The notes below the pieces were generated by a model that saw only the letters and a list, made by a program, of their open reading frames with translations, made no database searches and was not told where the DNA came from. 64,000 nt of DNA from a virus (lineage: Duplodnaviria > Heunggongvirae > Uroviricota > Caudoviricetes). The position numbers and the translations under genes were made by a program. Location: IMG/VR virus record IMGVR_UViG_3300044712_001463; one strand, written 5' to 3'. Below, piece after piece: positions 37,047 through 45,004 of the stretch (its first letter is position 1; each line of letters starts with the position of its first letter).

Positions 37047-37290
37047 GGAGTTGTAAGCACACAGGCTCCCTCGGGCTCAACTAGGCGAATCGCTGAGGGC
37101 ATTGAAGGGAGCCATTCGATACTGAGGCTCGTCATGAGCATAATTCGGAAAGCCAAAGGAGTCAAAGTCAAGGTGCGGTCTGGCGGACGCCCTTTACTTA
37201 TCTCCAAGTAAAGTCTTCGAGGGGCTACCTTCGGAGTGGTGCGCGAGGCGCTAGAGCCCTGGGAAATACTCCTGGGGCTCTATGCTTTTG
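37047..37290 (+). ncRNA. candidate small structured RNA (promoter + terminator unit with no ORF)
   Basis: Promoter 37019, terminator 37253-37290, no +-strand ORF >=60 aa, multiple UUCG-loop hairpins. Confidence 0.4.
37253..37290 (+). terminator. rho-independent terminator of ORF-less RNA unit
   Basis: agagccctgggaaatactcctggggctctatgcttttg. Confidence 0.6.
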
Positions 37291-37292
37291 TC

Positions 37293-37320
37293 TTGACAAG
37301 TAGCCCTAGATATGTATAAT
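37293..37320 (+). promoter_or_regulatory. cassette promoter
   Basis: consensus. Confidence 0.7.
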
Positions 37321-37349
37321 AGAGTCATCCTTCTTCTAAGAGGCTAGCC

Positions 37350-37811
37350 ATGTTCTTCAAGGACCTGCCAGGCGATGTCAAAGCCATCGTGGGTATCGCC
37401 AAGACCAACCTTGAAAGCGACGGTGAGTTGGTTCCTGTTGTCTTCTTGGGATGTAGGGGCTCCGTCAAGATTGTCCCTCTTGACATGTTCAATGATGAAA
37501 CCAAGTCTCTGATGGTCAGGACGGTCAGCATGCTCTACAAGGAGTCCAAGCCTGAGTGGGCTCTGCACATCTCTGAGTGCTGGATGAAGAAGTTCGAGAA
37601 GGATGAGGCTGTCCCTGAAAATGGTCGGGTCAGGGATGTCCCTGGTCGCATCGAGGCTGTCCTGTTTCATCTGAAGGTGAAAGACAAGTGCTACTTGGCT
37701 ACGGCTCCTATCATCGAAAACGCTGGCGAAAAGACCTTCACCATCGATGACATCGAGTTCATCGATGCCGATGGAATGGGTGGCAACTTTGCCGACATGT
37801 TTAAGGAGTAG
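37350..37811 (+). CDS. hypothetical protein
   Basis: Promoter 37293; leader ttcttctaagaggctagccATG. Confidence 0.55.
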   Translation: MFFKDLPGDVKAIVGIAKTNLESDGELVPVVFLGCRGSVKIVPLDMFNDETKSLMVRTVSMLYKESKPEWALHISECWMKKFEKDEAVPENGRVRDVPGRIEAVLFHLKVKDKCYLATAPIIENAGEKTFTIDDIEFIDADGMGGNFADMFKE

Positions 37812-37814
37812 GTC

Positions 37815-38006
37815 ATGACCAAACAGGAGATGGAGAAGGAACTTCAGGAACAAGCAAGGCTCCTCGGCATCAGCGGGAGTCGGGAAGCGGCTTTGATGGC
37901 AAAGAACGACGAACTCAGAAAGGCTCTTAGGCAGATTGCCAAATTGGATGCGAAGGTTCACCCGACATCCGTGGCAATCCTCATTGCTGAAGAGGCGCTT
38001 AAGTAG
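37815..38006 (+). CDS. small coiled-coil protein
   Basis: RBS aaggag; terminator follows. Confidence 0.5.
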   Translation: MTKQEMEKELQEQARLLGISGSREAALMAKNDELRKALRQIAKLDAKVHPTSVAILIAEEALK

Positions 38007-38027
38007 AATACTTCCCTCCCTGTGAAC

Positions 38028-38069
38028 AAAGAGAGCCCTGGGCGTAATAGCCTGGGGCTCTTTTGTTTG
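38028..38069 (+). terminator. rho-independent terminator
   Basis: agagccctgggcgtaatagcctggggctcttttgtttg. Confidence 0.65.
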
Positions 38070-38113
38070 TACTGGCGGAGGTCAGGACATTCTGCTGTGG
38101 CGCCTTCAATAGA

Positions 38114-38133
38114 ACTACTTATATATAAGTAGG
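38114..38133. repeat. inter-cassette palindrome aCTACTTA-TATA-TAAGTAGG
   Basis: Flank agaactactt identical to copy at 53464. Confidence 0.75.
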
Positions 38134-38166
38134 ATTAAGATCCTAGCTCTCCGGGAAGCTTTCTTC

Positions 38167-38194
38167 TTGACAAGCCAGGCTATTTGTGTATAAT
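38167..38194 (+). promoter_or_regulatory. cassette promoter
   Basis: consensus. Confidence 0.7.
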
Positions 38195-38212
38195 ATACCT
38201 AGGAGGTTAGCC

Positions 38213-38968
38213 ATGGAACTCAACATCTTCCATACATCGGACAATCACGGCAAGATGAAGAAGGGTGTGTCTTCCAAGTGGGAGGCTAAGCCCATTGACC
38301 TTGCTCTCCTTTCCGGGGATCACTGTCCGAACTATGTCCGGAACTTCTCCTTTGACCAGCACTACCTGCGCCATGTGAATCGCGATGAGGAGAAGATCCT
38401 TCAGCGCTCCTGGAACAAGAAGGTTCTGAAGTCATGGTTAGCCAGGAAGGGATGGCTTGATAAGACGGTCATCTGTCCGGGAAATCATGACTTCGCTGCC
38501 TTCCATGAGTTCCCAAACACTGTTGCTACTGGATCCAAGACCATCACCCTGGATATCAAAGGCGTGCAGGTGAAGATTGGCATCCTGGTGGGGACTAACA
38601 TCATCCCCACAGGAGGCATAGCCGGTGGCTGGTATGAGGAAGTTGATGAGTCGGAGTTCGAGCGTCGGATCTACGCGCTTGATTCCGATATCGATATCCT
38701 GCTGAGTCATCGCCCTCCATATGGCATCCTGGATATGGGATACGGCGAGCACATCGGTAGCCAACATCTGACTCGTGCCATCTTCGGCGGTGTCTTTGGA
38801 TCTACAGCACCGCACTTCAGCAAGTTGAAGTTGCACTGTTTTGGGCACGCACATGAATCCGGTGCCCAGAGGTTGCATCACAGCTTTGCCGGAGATGACC
38901 GGAGAAAGGGATCCATACTCTTCAGTAACGCTGCGTGCAGTTATGAGTTCCTGAGCATCGAAGTGTAG
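38213..38968 (+). CDS. calcineurin-like metallophosphoesterase
   Basis: FHTSDNHG, GDHCPNY, GNHDFAAF, GHAHE motifs; start ATG 38213 with aggagg SD. Confidence 0.7.
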   Translation: MELNIFHTSDNHGKMKKGVSSKWEAKPIDLALLSGDHCPNYVRNFSFDQHYLRHVNRDEEKILQRSWNKKVLKSWLARKGWLDKTVICPGNHDFAAFHEFPNTVATGSKTITLDIKGVQVKIGILVGTNIIPTGGIAGGWYEEVDESEFERRIYALDSDIDILLSHRPPYGILDMGYGEHIGSQHLTRAIFGGVFGSTAPHFSKLKLHCFGHAHESGAQRLHHSFAGDDRRKGSILFSNAACSYEFLSIEV

Positions 38969-38990
38969 TTCAATAAAATCAAGGCAATCC

Positions 38991-39027
38991 AAGAAGACCA
39001 TCTCCTAACCGAGGTGGTCTTCTTACG
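38991..39027 (+). terminator. terminator-like hairpin (weak U-tract)
   Basis: aagaagaccatctcctaaccgaggtggtcttctt. Confidence 0.4.
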
Positions 39028-39057
39028 TACGTGAACGATCATTTATGGGTCCTAATT

Positions 39058-39083
39058 AAACCTACTTAAATATAAGTAGGTTT
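39058..39083. repeat. inter-cassette palindrome AAACCTACTTA-AATA-TAAGTAGGTTT
   Basis: 11 bp perfect arms. Confidence 0.8.
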
Positions 39084-39135
39084 GATGTCCGGGCAGCCCA
39101 GTAACCCAGAACTTCTGGGGAGATGAGAGTTCTCC

Positions 39136-39163
39136 TTGACAAGTTCCAGAGAATATGTATAAT
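39136..39163 (+). promoter_or_regulatory. cassette promoter
   Basis: consensus. Confidence 0.7.
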
Positions 39164-39191
39164 AGGGTTACACTCACTCAAGAGGTTTATC

Positions 39192-39746
39192 ATGAAGGCT
39201 AGAGTTATGGTTACTCTTAACTGCAATCGGAAGTGTGATGGATGTTGCAATAAAGGTCCAGTCTTTAATTTACACCAAGTTGCCGAGAATCTTGATGAGA
39301 TTCTGAAGGCAGATGAAATTATGATTACTGGTGGTGAACCCATGCTTTTACCGATTAAGGTTTTTGAATTCATCAAGATGTTGCGCTATCATAGGCAATA
39401 CAAGGGAAAGATTTATCTCTACTCTGCCTACTATCCTTCAACGGATAGAGAAAAAGAACACTTCTGGTATTGTGCAGACCTTTGCGATGGTGTGCATTTT
39501 ACCTTGCACGCTGAGGCTACGGACAGGGATGTGGCGGACCTTAAAAGGCTGTCAGAAGATTTAGGGGAGTGGGATAAAAAGCACCGCTCTTTCCGTCTTG
39601 CCATTGACAAGCGCCTCTATGAAAAGTTTGATTTCTCCAACATTGATTTCACCTTTTGGGATGTGGTCAGAAAGTTAGTTTGGATGACTGACTGCCCTCT
39701 GCCTAAAGATGAGAAACTATTCCTTTATGACTTGACAAGTCTTTAA
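39192..39746 (+). CDS. small radical-SAM domain protein (NrdG- or QueE-like)
   Basis: CNRKCDGC = CxxxCxxC; ITGGEPML glycine-rich SAM motif; start ATG 39192. Confidence 0.6.
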   Translation: MKARVMVTLNCNRKCDGCCNKGPVFNLHQVAENLDEILKADEIMITGGEPMLLPIKVFEFIKMLRYHRQYKGKIYLYSAYYPSTDREKEHFWYCADLCDGVHFTLHAEATDRDVADLKRLSEDLGEWDKKHRSFRLAIDKRLYEKFDFSNIDFTFWDVVRKLVWMTDCPLPKDEKLFLYDLTSL

Positions 39747-39759
39747 GAATATGTATAAT
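39732..39759 (+). promoter_or_regulatory. cassette promoter (unit near-identical to 54441)
   Basis: consensus; overlaps upstream stop. Confidence 0.7.
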
Positions 39760-39788
39760 AAAGTTACACTCAAACAAAGGAGGCTGTC

Positions 39789-40160
39789 ATGCGCGGTGCG
39801 GTCGTAGTCACCATCAAGCAGGAAGGCATGGTTGCAGAGAACGAGGTCTTCCTAGTCGGTCATCGCGGTCGTGGCTCGAAGGCGACCTGGAACAAGGCTA
39901 TGGGATACTTCATCCACAGCATCGAGTTCGCCTTCAAGAACGCTGACGACCTTTCTGGTCTTCGGGAGTTTCGGAAGCAGTTGAAGGCGAAGACCGAAAT
40001 GACTTCCGAGTTCGAGGAGTCAGAGGACGGTGGATGGCACAAGGTCGTCAAGCCTCTCTACGCTAGCGAGGATGAGTGGTTCGAGGACATCTTTGGGGAT
40101 GGCTTGTATGAACTCCCCAACGGTGAGGAAATCACCATCGCTTGGGCTAGCGTCAAGTAA
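39789..40160 (+). CDS. hypothetical protein
   Basis: Promoter 39732; RBS aaggagg. Confidence 0.5.
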   Translation: MRGAVVVTIKQEGMVAENEVFLVGHRGRGSKATWNKAMGYFIHSIEFAFKNADDLSGLREFRKQLKAKTEMTSEFEESEDGGWHKVVKPLYASEDEWFEDIFGDGLYELPNGEEITIAWASVK

Positions 40161-40179
40161 CCCTATTCAGGAGTCTGTC

Positions 40180-40689
40180 ATGGGCTGGATCAAGATGGGT
40201 GAGTTTGAGGTTGCTTCCAAGCGAGTCATGATCAGTGACCCCTGCTATGAGTCAGGGCAATCCCTCACGGCACTCAACGGAACCTACGATGCCTACATCT
40301 TCAAGAACAAGGAAGGTCGGGTCATGAAGTTGAAGGCGGTCAGGAAGGGATCCAAGGTCGTGGGTGGAATGCAGGAGGCTAGGATTGCAGGCGTGGACTC
40401 AGGTCAGATGAGCATCACGGACTACCTGCAATACCGCGAGAGCAACCCCAATGACCTGCGCCTGGTCACTTCGCTCTGGCAGGACACGCTCAAGGATCCT
40501 GATGGTGGTCAGTTCTACGCCGTGTGTTGCTCCCTGACCTGTGGCGATGACAACGGTCAGACCCAGCAGGGAGGCGTCTTCGCTAGTGGGTGCGTTTCGC
40601 AGTCAGGCTATGGGGATGGGGGATATCCCATTTTCTATGGTGAGGATGAGAACGGCGATTCGGTGGCTTTTGAGGTCAGGTTCAAATAA
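40180..40689 (+). CDS. hypothetical Gly/Cys-rich protein
   Basis: Start ATG 40180 with caggag SD. Confidence 0.45.
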   Translation: MGWIKMGEFEVASKRVMISDPCYESGQSLTALNGTYDAYIFKNKEGRVMKLKAVRKGSKVVGGMQEARIAGVDSGQMSITDYLQYRESNPNDLRLVTSLWQDTLKDPDGGQFYAVCCSLTCGDDNGQTQQGGVFASGCVSQSGYGDGGYPIFYGEDENGDSVAFEVRFK

Positions 40690-40692
40690 AGC

Positions 40693-40720
40693 TTGACAAG
40701 TTTCCAAAAGTAAGTATAAT
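40693..40720 (+). promoter_or_regulatory. cassette promoter
   Basis: consensus. Confidence 0.7.
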
Positions 40721-40784
40721 CATACTTACAAGAGGCAAGGGTTCCCCTCTCCACAAGTGAATCCACTCTCTCTAGGAGGTCGTC

Positions 40785-41027
40785 ATGTCCGAGAACACCC
40801 CGCAGGTCGAGCAGGCTCCCCGCAAGGTCGGTCGTCCCGTCACCATGACCAAGGAGGAGGTCGAGAAGATCCTCTCCCTGGGCGCCGAGCGCAACATCTC
40901 GTGTCAGAAGGCGTGCGCCATGGTCCACAAGAGCTACAGCACCTTCATCAGCGCGGCTCACCGCTACGGCGTGGCTCTCCCCGCCCGTGGTCGCCGGTCG
41001 AGCAAGAAGGATGAGGTCGCCGCCTAA
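40785..41027 (+). CDS. small putative DNA-binding protein, paralog of 33616
   Basis: Promoter 40693; shared motifs with 33616. Confidence 0.55.
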   Translation: MSENTPQVEQAPRKVGRPVTMTKEEVEKILSLGAERNISCQKACAMVHKSYSTFISAAHRYGVALPARGRRSSKKDEVAA

Positions 41028-41054
41028 CAACCGGTCACAGCCGAGAAACACCCA

Positions 41055-41090
41055 AAGGGAGGCAGAGAAATCTGCCTCTCTTTATTTTAT
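41055..41090 (+). terminator. rho-independent terminator
   Basis: gggaggcagagaaatctgcctctctttatttt. Confidence 0.6.
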
Positions 41091-41111
41091 AAATAAGTAA
41101 TTAAATAGGGC

Positions 41112-41139
41112 TTGACAAGTCCTAGGGAATAGATATAAT
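41112..41139 (+). promoter_or_regulatory. cassette promoter
   Basis: consensus. Confidence 0.7.
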
Positions 41140-41157
41140 AGAATCAGGAGGAAAGTC

Positions 41158-41982
41158 ATGAGTCTTTTTGACGCGCTCAACAAACATCTGAAACCCACGT
41201 TCGAGGTCGGAACCTTCTTTGTCTGGGAGGGCTCCGTATTCTTTATTTGCGGCAAACAGAATACGCAGTATTTGATTGAGTTGGTTGACAAGGGAGAAAA
41301 CAGAAGGGTTCATATCTGCAATTGTGAATCTTCGAATGGATTTGCCTGGTATATCAACGAAGGCACACATGAAAGCATAGACATTGTAAAGAAAGACGGA
41401 ACCGAGATTCGTAAAACTATTAAAGAGATAAAAGCAGATAACACCAAGACATATCCGCATTCCCTTCCAGCATTTAAGATTGGCGAAAAAGCAATGCGTG
41501 GTCGTGCAGGAAAGAAAACTATTGTAATAGTAAAATACAATCCTGCTGATGACTCTTTCTATTATGGTGATGGAGTTGAGAGCACTTTCGGCAGTCATAA
41601 CGACAGATTTAATTATGGGCGTAACGAATACAAGGAATCTGAATACTCGAAGATAGAGGAACCAAAGCCCGAGGCTCCAGCCGCCGTAACTCCAATGCGT
41701 GTAATATCTCCCATGGCTGTGACCCCCATTTCGCATAGGGAAACTCCTGACCATGGTGCAGGAGCAGGTTACAGGCGTGACGCCATATCAGGACTTGGTC
41801 GTTACGAAATGACTGAGAATGGTCATAACAAGTTCTGGTCTATCCGCCAACTTCCTTCAGGAAACTACGAAGCCACCTGGGGAAGGATTGGAACGGCTGG
41901 TCAGTCTATTATTTATTCAGCCGTAGAAGCAGCAAAGAAAATCAGAGAGAAAATAGCCAAAGGCTATGTTTTCGTGGAGTAA
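41158..41982 (+). CDS. MSLFDALNKH-leader protein with C-terminal WGR domain
   Basis: Leader variant; PAFKIGEKA; C-term FWSIRQL...YEATWGRIGTAGQ...AKKIREKIAKGY = WGR. Confidence 0.6.
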   Translation: MSLFDALNKHLKPTFEVGTFFVWEGSVFFICGKQNTQYLIELVDKGENRRVHICNCESSNGFAWYINEGTHESIDIVKKDGTEIRKTIKEIKADNTKTYPHSLPAFKIGEKAMRGRAGKKTIVIVKYNPADDSFYYGDGVESTFGSHNDRFNYGRNEYKESEYSKIEEPKPEAPAAVTPMRVISPMAVTPISHRETPDHGAGAGYRRDAISGLGRYEMTENGHNKFWSIRQLPSGNYEATWGRIGTAGQSIIYSAVEAAKKIREKIAKGYVFVE

Positions 41983-42478
41983 TGCCGTGAGCCTATTTGA
42001 TGCTATTAACAAACAACTTAAGCCTGTCATTGAAGCAGGGAACATGTTTTCCATAGATGGAAACGTGTTTCTTATTTGCTATATGCCAGAAAACGATACC
42101 GTTTTATTGCAGATAGTCGAAAGGAAAAGTCAAGACCTTGCTATGTATAGGCACAATCCTAATCCTGGAGACGCATGGTATAGCGGCGATTGTTCGAATA
42201 GAATGTATTGGTTTAGGATTGATGGCAAACAGTATTTCTATAAGGACGTAAAGCAACAGGCAAAACCAGTCTTTAATTATCCGAAATCCCCTTTCAAGAT
42301 TGGGGAAAGGGTAAGGGTTAAAAATCCTAAAAAGGTTAACAGCAATCGTGAGGAATTTGTTATTGTATCCTGCCACTTCGAAAATGGTAAATACTACTAT
42401 TCAGCGGGCGACTTTAACACCCATGTCGCCAACTATCCCCATCACTATAATTCCCAAGATGAGTTAGAAAAGGCTTGA
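41966..42478 (+). CDS. MSLFDAINKQ-leader protein (GC-rich family homologue); probable GTG start at 41987
   Basis: VSLFDAINKQLKP; PFKIGERVRV SH3-like motif. Confidence 0.5.
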   Translation: MFSWSNAVSLFDAINKQLKPVIEAGNMFSIDGNVFLICYMPENDTVLLQIVERKSQDLAMYRHNPNPGDAWYSGDCSNRMYWFRIDGKQYFYKDVKQQAKPVFNYPKSPFKIGERVRVKNPKKVNSNREEFVIVSCHFENGKYYYSAGDFNTHVANYPHHYNSQDELEKA

Positions 42479-42502
42479 CAAGTTCCAGTTATTCGGTATA
42501 AT
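42475..42502 (+). promoter_or_regulatory. cassette promoter
   Basis: consensus; -35 overlaps upstream TGA. Confidence 0.7.
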
Positions 42503-42544
42503 AGGATACATGAGAAGTTTCAAACCCATTCTTATGAGGCGGTC

Positions 42545-42934
42545 ATGGACGAGAAGGAGATGGTGAAGTTCCTGGATCAGCGCATCGTGGAGATCAAGGC
42601 GCTCACGGACGACAGCCCCCAGGGTGTCAACAAGTTCCTTGAGTTGGCTCAGGCGGTCGGCACGGAGCACATCCTGCGGGCAACCTTCTTCAAGGACAAG
42701 GAAGTGGTCATGAAGGCGGCGGAGTATCTCTGCGAGGTCGCTGACATGATGAACCGCTTCGAACTCGATGCTCGGATGCAGCAGGTCGGTCCGGGCGTCC
42801 TCGCCCTCGCGGTTGGCAAGAAGGGTGCCTTCGATGCCCAGCCCAAGGAGCCCGTCAAGGCAACGGACGAGGCGCTCAGGGCTCTCCTCGCCCAGGCGCT
42901 CAAGGAGAACGAGAAGCCCGACACGGCTGCTTAA
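42545..42934 (+). CDS. hypothetical protein
   Basis: Promoter 42475; leader cttatgaggcggtcATG. Confidence 0.5.
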   Translation: MDEKEMVKFLDQRIVEIKALTDDSPQGVNKFLELAQAVGTEHILRATFFKDKEVVMKAAEYLCEVADMMNRFELDARMQQVGPGVLALAVGKKGAFDAQPKEPVKATDEALRALLAQALKENEKPDTAA

Positions 42935-42956
42935 GAACCAAATCCCAAGCGAGAAC

Positions 42957-42997
42957 GAGAAGACCCAGGTGCAACTAGCCTGGGTCTTTTTGTTTGT
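42957..42997 (+). terminator. rho-independent terminator
   Basis: agacccaggtgcaactagcctgggtctttttgtttg. Confidence 0.65.
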
Positions 42998-43036
42998 CAC
43001 GACGGAGGACTTCTGACTCAGTCGGGTACCTACTCG

Positions 43037-43056
43037 CCTACTTAAAAATAAGTAGG
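43037..43056. repeat. inter-cassette palindrome CCTACTTA-AAAA-TAAGTAGG
   Basis: Lies inside a shadow ORF; partial extra half-site upstream (acctactcg). Confidence 0.75.
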
Positions 43057-43090
43057 TCTGAAGTACCCCAGCCCTGTAGATCAAAAGAGC

Positions 43091-43118
43091 TTGACAAGTA
43101 TCCAGGTTTATATATAAT
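43091..43118 (+). promoter_or_regulatory. cassette promoter
   Basis: consensus. Confidence 0.7.
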
Positions 43119-43137
43119 AGAGTCATGGAGGAAAGCC

Positions 43138-43659
43138 ATGAGTCTCTTTGATGCCATAGCCAAACATACCAAGAAAGAGGTTGATTGGAATAAGGCTGGC
43201 GAGTTTTTCGAACTCGATGGCGTTATCTTTTCAATCAATCATATTTCTGACATTGGCAGTCACAACCAATCTGCGTATGTAGGCGTTCATTCCAATCCCC
43301 TTAAGAAAAAGGTCATGGTTGGGAGGTTCAGGTCTGGAGATTTTTCAGGACAACATGATTTGACTAGGATTACGGCAGGCGAAGGTAATTGCCATATGTA
43401 TAAAAGCGCATCGGATGGACCCAACGCCATTCAGGTTGATGGGAAAGTCTTTGTTATTGGCAGAGACATGTTCACTTCCTGCACTAAAAGGTTCCCTCTG
43501 TTTGGGCTCTTCGGCAAGACAATGAGGATCAAGGGAGGCGGCTACGGCGACTTTAAGGTTCAGACTGCCTGGTTGATGCCTGATGGCACTTGGCTGTGTT
43601 CAGCGGGACAGCATCCTAGGCGCTCACATAAAGTCAGCGATCTTGAAGTTATAGATTGA
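43138..43659 (+). CDS. MSLFDAIAKH-leader protein
   Basis: Promoter 43091; SD ggagga; start at ATG 43138. Confidence 0.55.
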   Translation: MSLFDAIAKHTKKEVDWNKAGEFFELDGVIFSINHISDIGSHNQSAYVGVHSNPLKKKVMVGRFRSGDFSGQHDLTRITAGEGNCHMYKSASDGPNAIQVDGKVFVIGRDMFTSCTKRFPLFGLFGKTMRIKGGGYGDFKVQTAWLMPDGTWLCSAGQHPRRSHKVSDLEVID

Positions 43660-43683
43660 CAAGTAAAGGGATTTAGATATAAT
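43656..43683 (+). promoter_or_regulatory. cassette promoter (ATTGACA)
   Basis: -35 overlaps upstream stop. Confidence 0.65.
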
Positions 43684-43701
43684 AGAGTCATGGAGGAAGT
43701 C

Positions 43702-44211
43702 ATGAGTCTTTTTGATGCACTCGCCAAACAACTTGTTTTGCCCTTCTCTACGAAAGAGAGTGAAGGGCGTATTCTGACCATCCCTGGAACGAAAATCAAG
43801 TTCCTTTTTCGTGTTTATGACCATAGCGATAACACCTGCTATCTTCAAATTTACAAGATGCCCGAAGATGTGAAATATATTCATGGCTTTATTAAGGGTA
43901 GTGATGACAATGTGGTTTGCAAGTGGGATGAAGAAGGGGAATGCCAATGGGTTAATCTTGCTCAAACAGACCTTGCTATTGTTTACAAGAACAAGAAGGT
44001 TAAAAAACTCTCGATTCAGGATGGCAGAGAAGGGTTTATTGTTGACCTGCAAGACCCGAAACCCAAGTTTTGGCACCAGAAGGTCAAGTTTGTCAATTCA
44101 AAGAAGCGGGCTTTTAAGATTGAAGAATATCGGATTAATGACGGAGTGTTTGAATACAGGGACTTCGATGGAAACTGGCAACAGGAAGAAAACCTCAAGG
44201 CGGCGGAGTAG
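43702..44211 (+). CDS. MSLFDALAKQ-leader protein
   Basis: Promoter 43656; SD ggaggaag; start ATG 43702. Confidence 0.55.
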   Translation: MSLFDALAKQLVLPFSTKESEGRILTIPGTKIKFLFRVYDHSDNTCYLQIYKMPEDVKYIHGFIKGSDDNVVCKWDEEGECQWVNLAQTDLAIVYKNKKVKKLSIQDGREGFIVDLQDPKPKFWHQKVKFVNSKKRAFKIEEYRINDGVFEYRDFDGNWQQEENLKAAE

Positions 44212-44214
44212 GTC

Positions 44215-44490
44215 ATGGGTAAGTTAAAGGTTGGCAAGCCCATCATCATTCAGCGTCCCATCTACGCAATCCTGCCGCCTAATGCCACACCTGAACAGTC
44301 TAGGCGATACCAGGAGGCTCTTGCCGCCCTTCGCAAGAGATACCCGAAGCCCTTTGAACCTAGCCTGAATCAAAAGTATCATCCTGATGCCATCGAAAAT
44401 ACACATGATACATTCGAGGAATATGTAAGCGCCTTAACTAAAGCCGCAATCAAAGAAGGAAAGATTCTATTCCCGTATCTTTGCTCTTGA
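44215..44490 (+). CDS. hypothetical protein
   Basis: SD ggagtagg; 91 aa. Confidence 0.45.
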   Translation: MGKLKVGKPIIIQRPIYAILPPNATPEQSRRYQEALAALRKRYPKPFEPSLNQKYHPDAIENTHDTFEEYVSALTKAAIKEGKILFPYLCS

Positions 44491-44514
44491 CAAGTTTCCT
44501 GAAATAGATATAAT
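44487..44514 (+). promoter_or_regulatory. cassette promoter
   Basis: consensus. Confidence 0.7.
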
Positions 44515-44545
44515 AACATCATCACCCATTCATAGGAGGTCGGTC

Positions 44546-44773
44546 ATGAAGCATTTGACACCGCCAGAGATGGTGGCGCGGAAGATGGTGCTGGACCAGA
44601 TCAAGGAGTTGACCGCCACGGTCGCCTCCAAGCCCGAGAACGAGAAGTTCATGATCGCCCTGCACTACGCCGCCTTCATCGGGTTCGTCCGCGAACAGCA
44701 GGACAAGGAAGCGGAGCAGGTCGGCATCGCCCTCTACAAGGAACTCGGCGTCGAGATCCCCGCCGAACTCTGA
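44546..44773 (+). CDS. hypothetical protein
   Basis: Promoter 44487; leader cataggaggtcggtcATG. Confidence 0.5.
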   Translation: MKHLTPPEMVARKMVLDQIKELTATVASKPENEKFMIALHYAAFIGFVREQQDKEAEQVGIALYKELGVEIPAEL

Positions 44774-44801
44774 GATCCTCCACAACTCATGAAAGACCCT
44801 T

Positions 44802-44835
44802 GAAGCCCTCGGAGAAATCCGGGGGCTTTCTGTTG
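44802..44835 (+). terminator. rho-independent terminator (duplicate of 33883)
   Basis: gaagccctcggagaaatccgggggctttctgttg. Confidence 0.55.
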
Positions 44836-44880
44836 TACTCTTCAGAACTCTCCGGCAACTACTTGCGGCGCCTGGATAGT

Positions 44881-44900
44881 TCTACTTATATATAAGTAGG
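44881..44900. repeat. inter-cassette palindrome tCTACTTA-TATA-TAAGTAGG
   Basis: family member. Confidence 0.75.
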
Positions 44901-44944
44901 TCTTAATATGATCGTACGATGAGTGCATCTCCGGCAAAACACTG

Positions 44945-44973
44945 CTTTAAAAACCCCTATATTTTGGTATAAT
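44945..44973 (+). promoter_or_regulatory. weaker promoter (TATAAT -10 at 44968, poor -35)
   Basis: ggTATAATAaaatag. Confidence 0.35.
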
Positions 44974-45004
44974 AAAATAGACCATAAACTCAAAGGAGCC
45001 CCAT

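Noticed and set aside
37344-37961. 205 aa reverse-strand ORF
   Set aside because: Shadow of + genes 37350..37811 and 37815..38006, which have promoter, SD and terminator.
42464-43126. 220 aa reverse-strand ORF
   Set aside because: It overlaps + gene 42545..42934, its terminator, a boundary palindrome and the next promoter.
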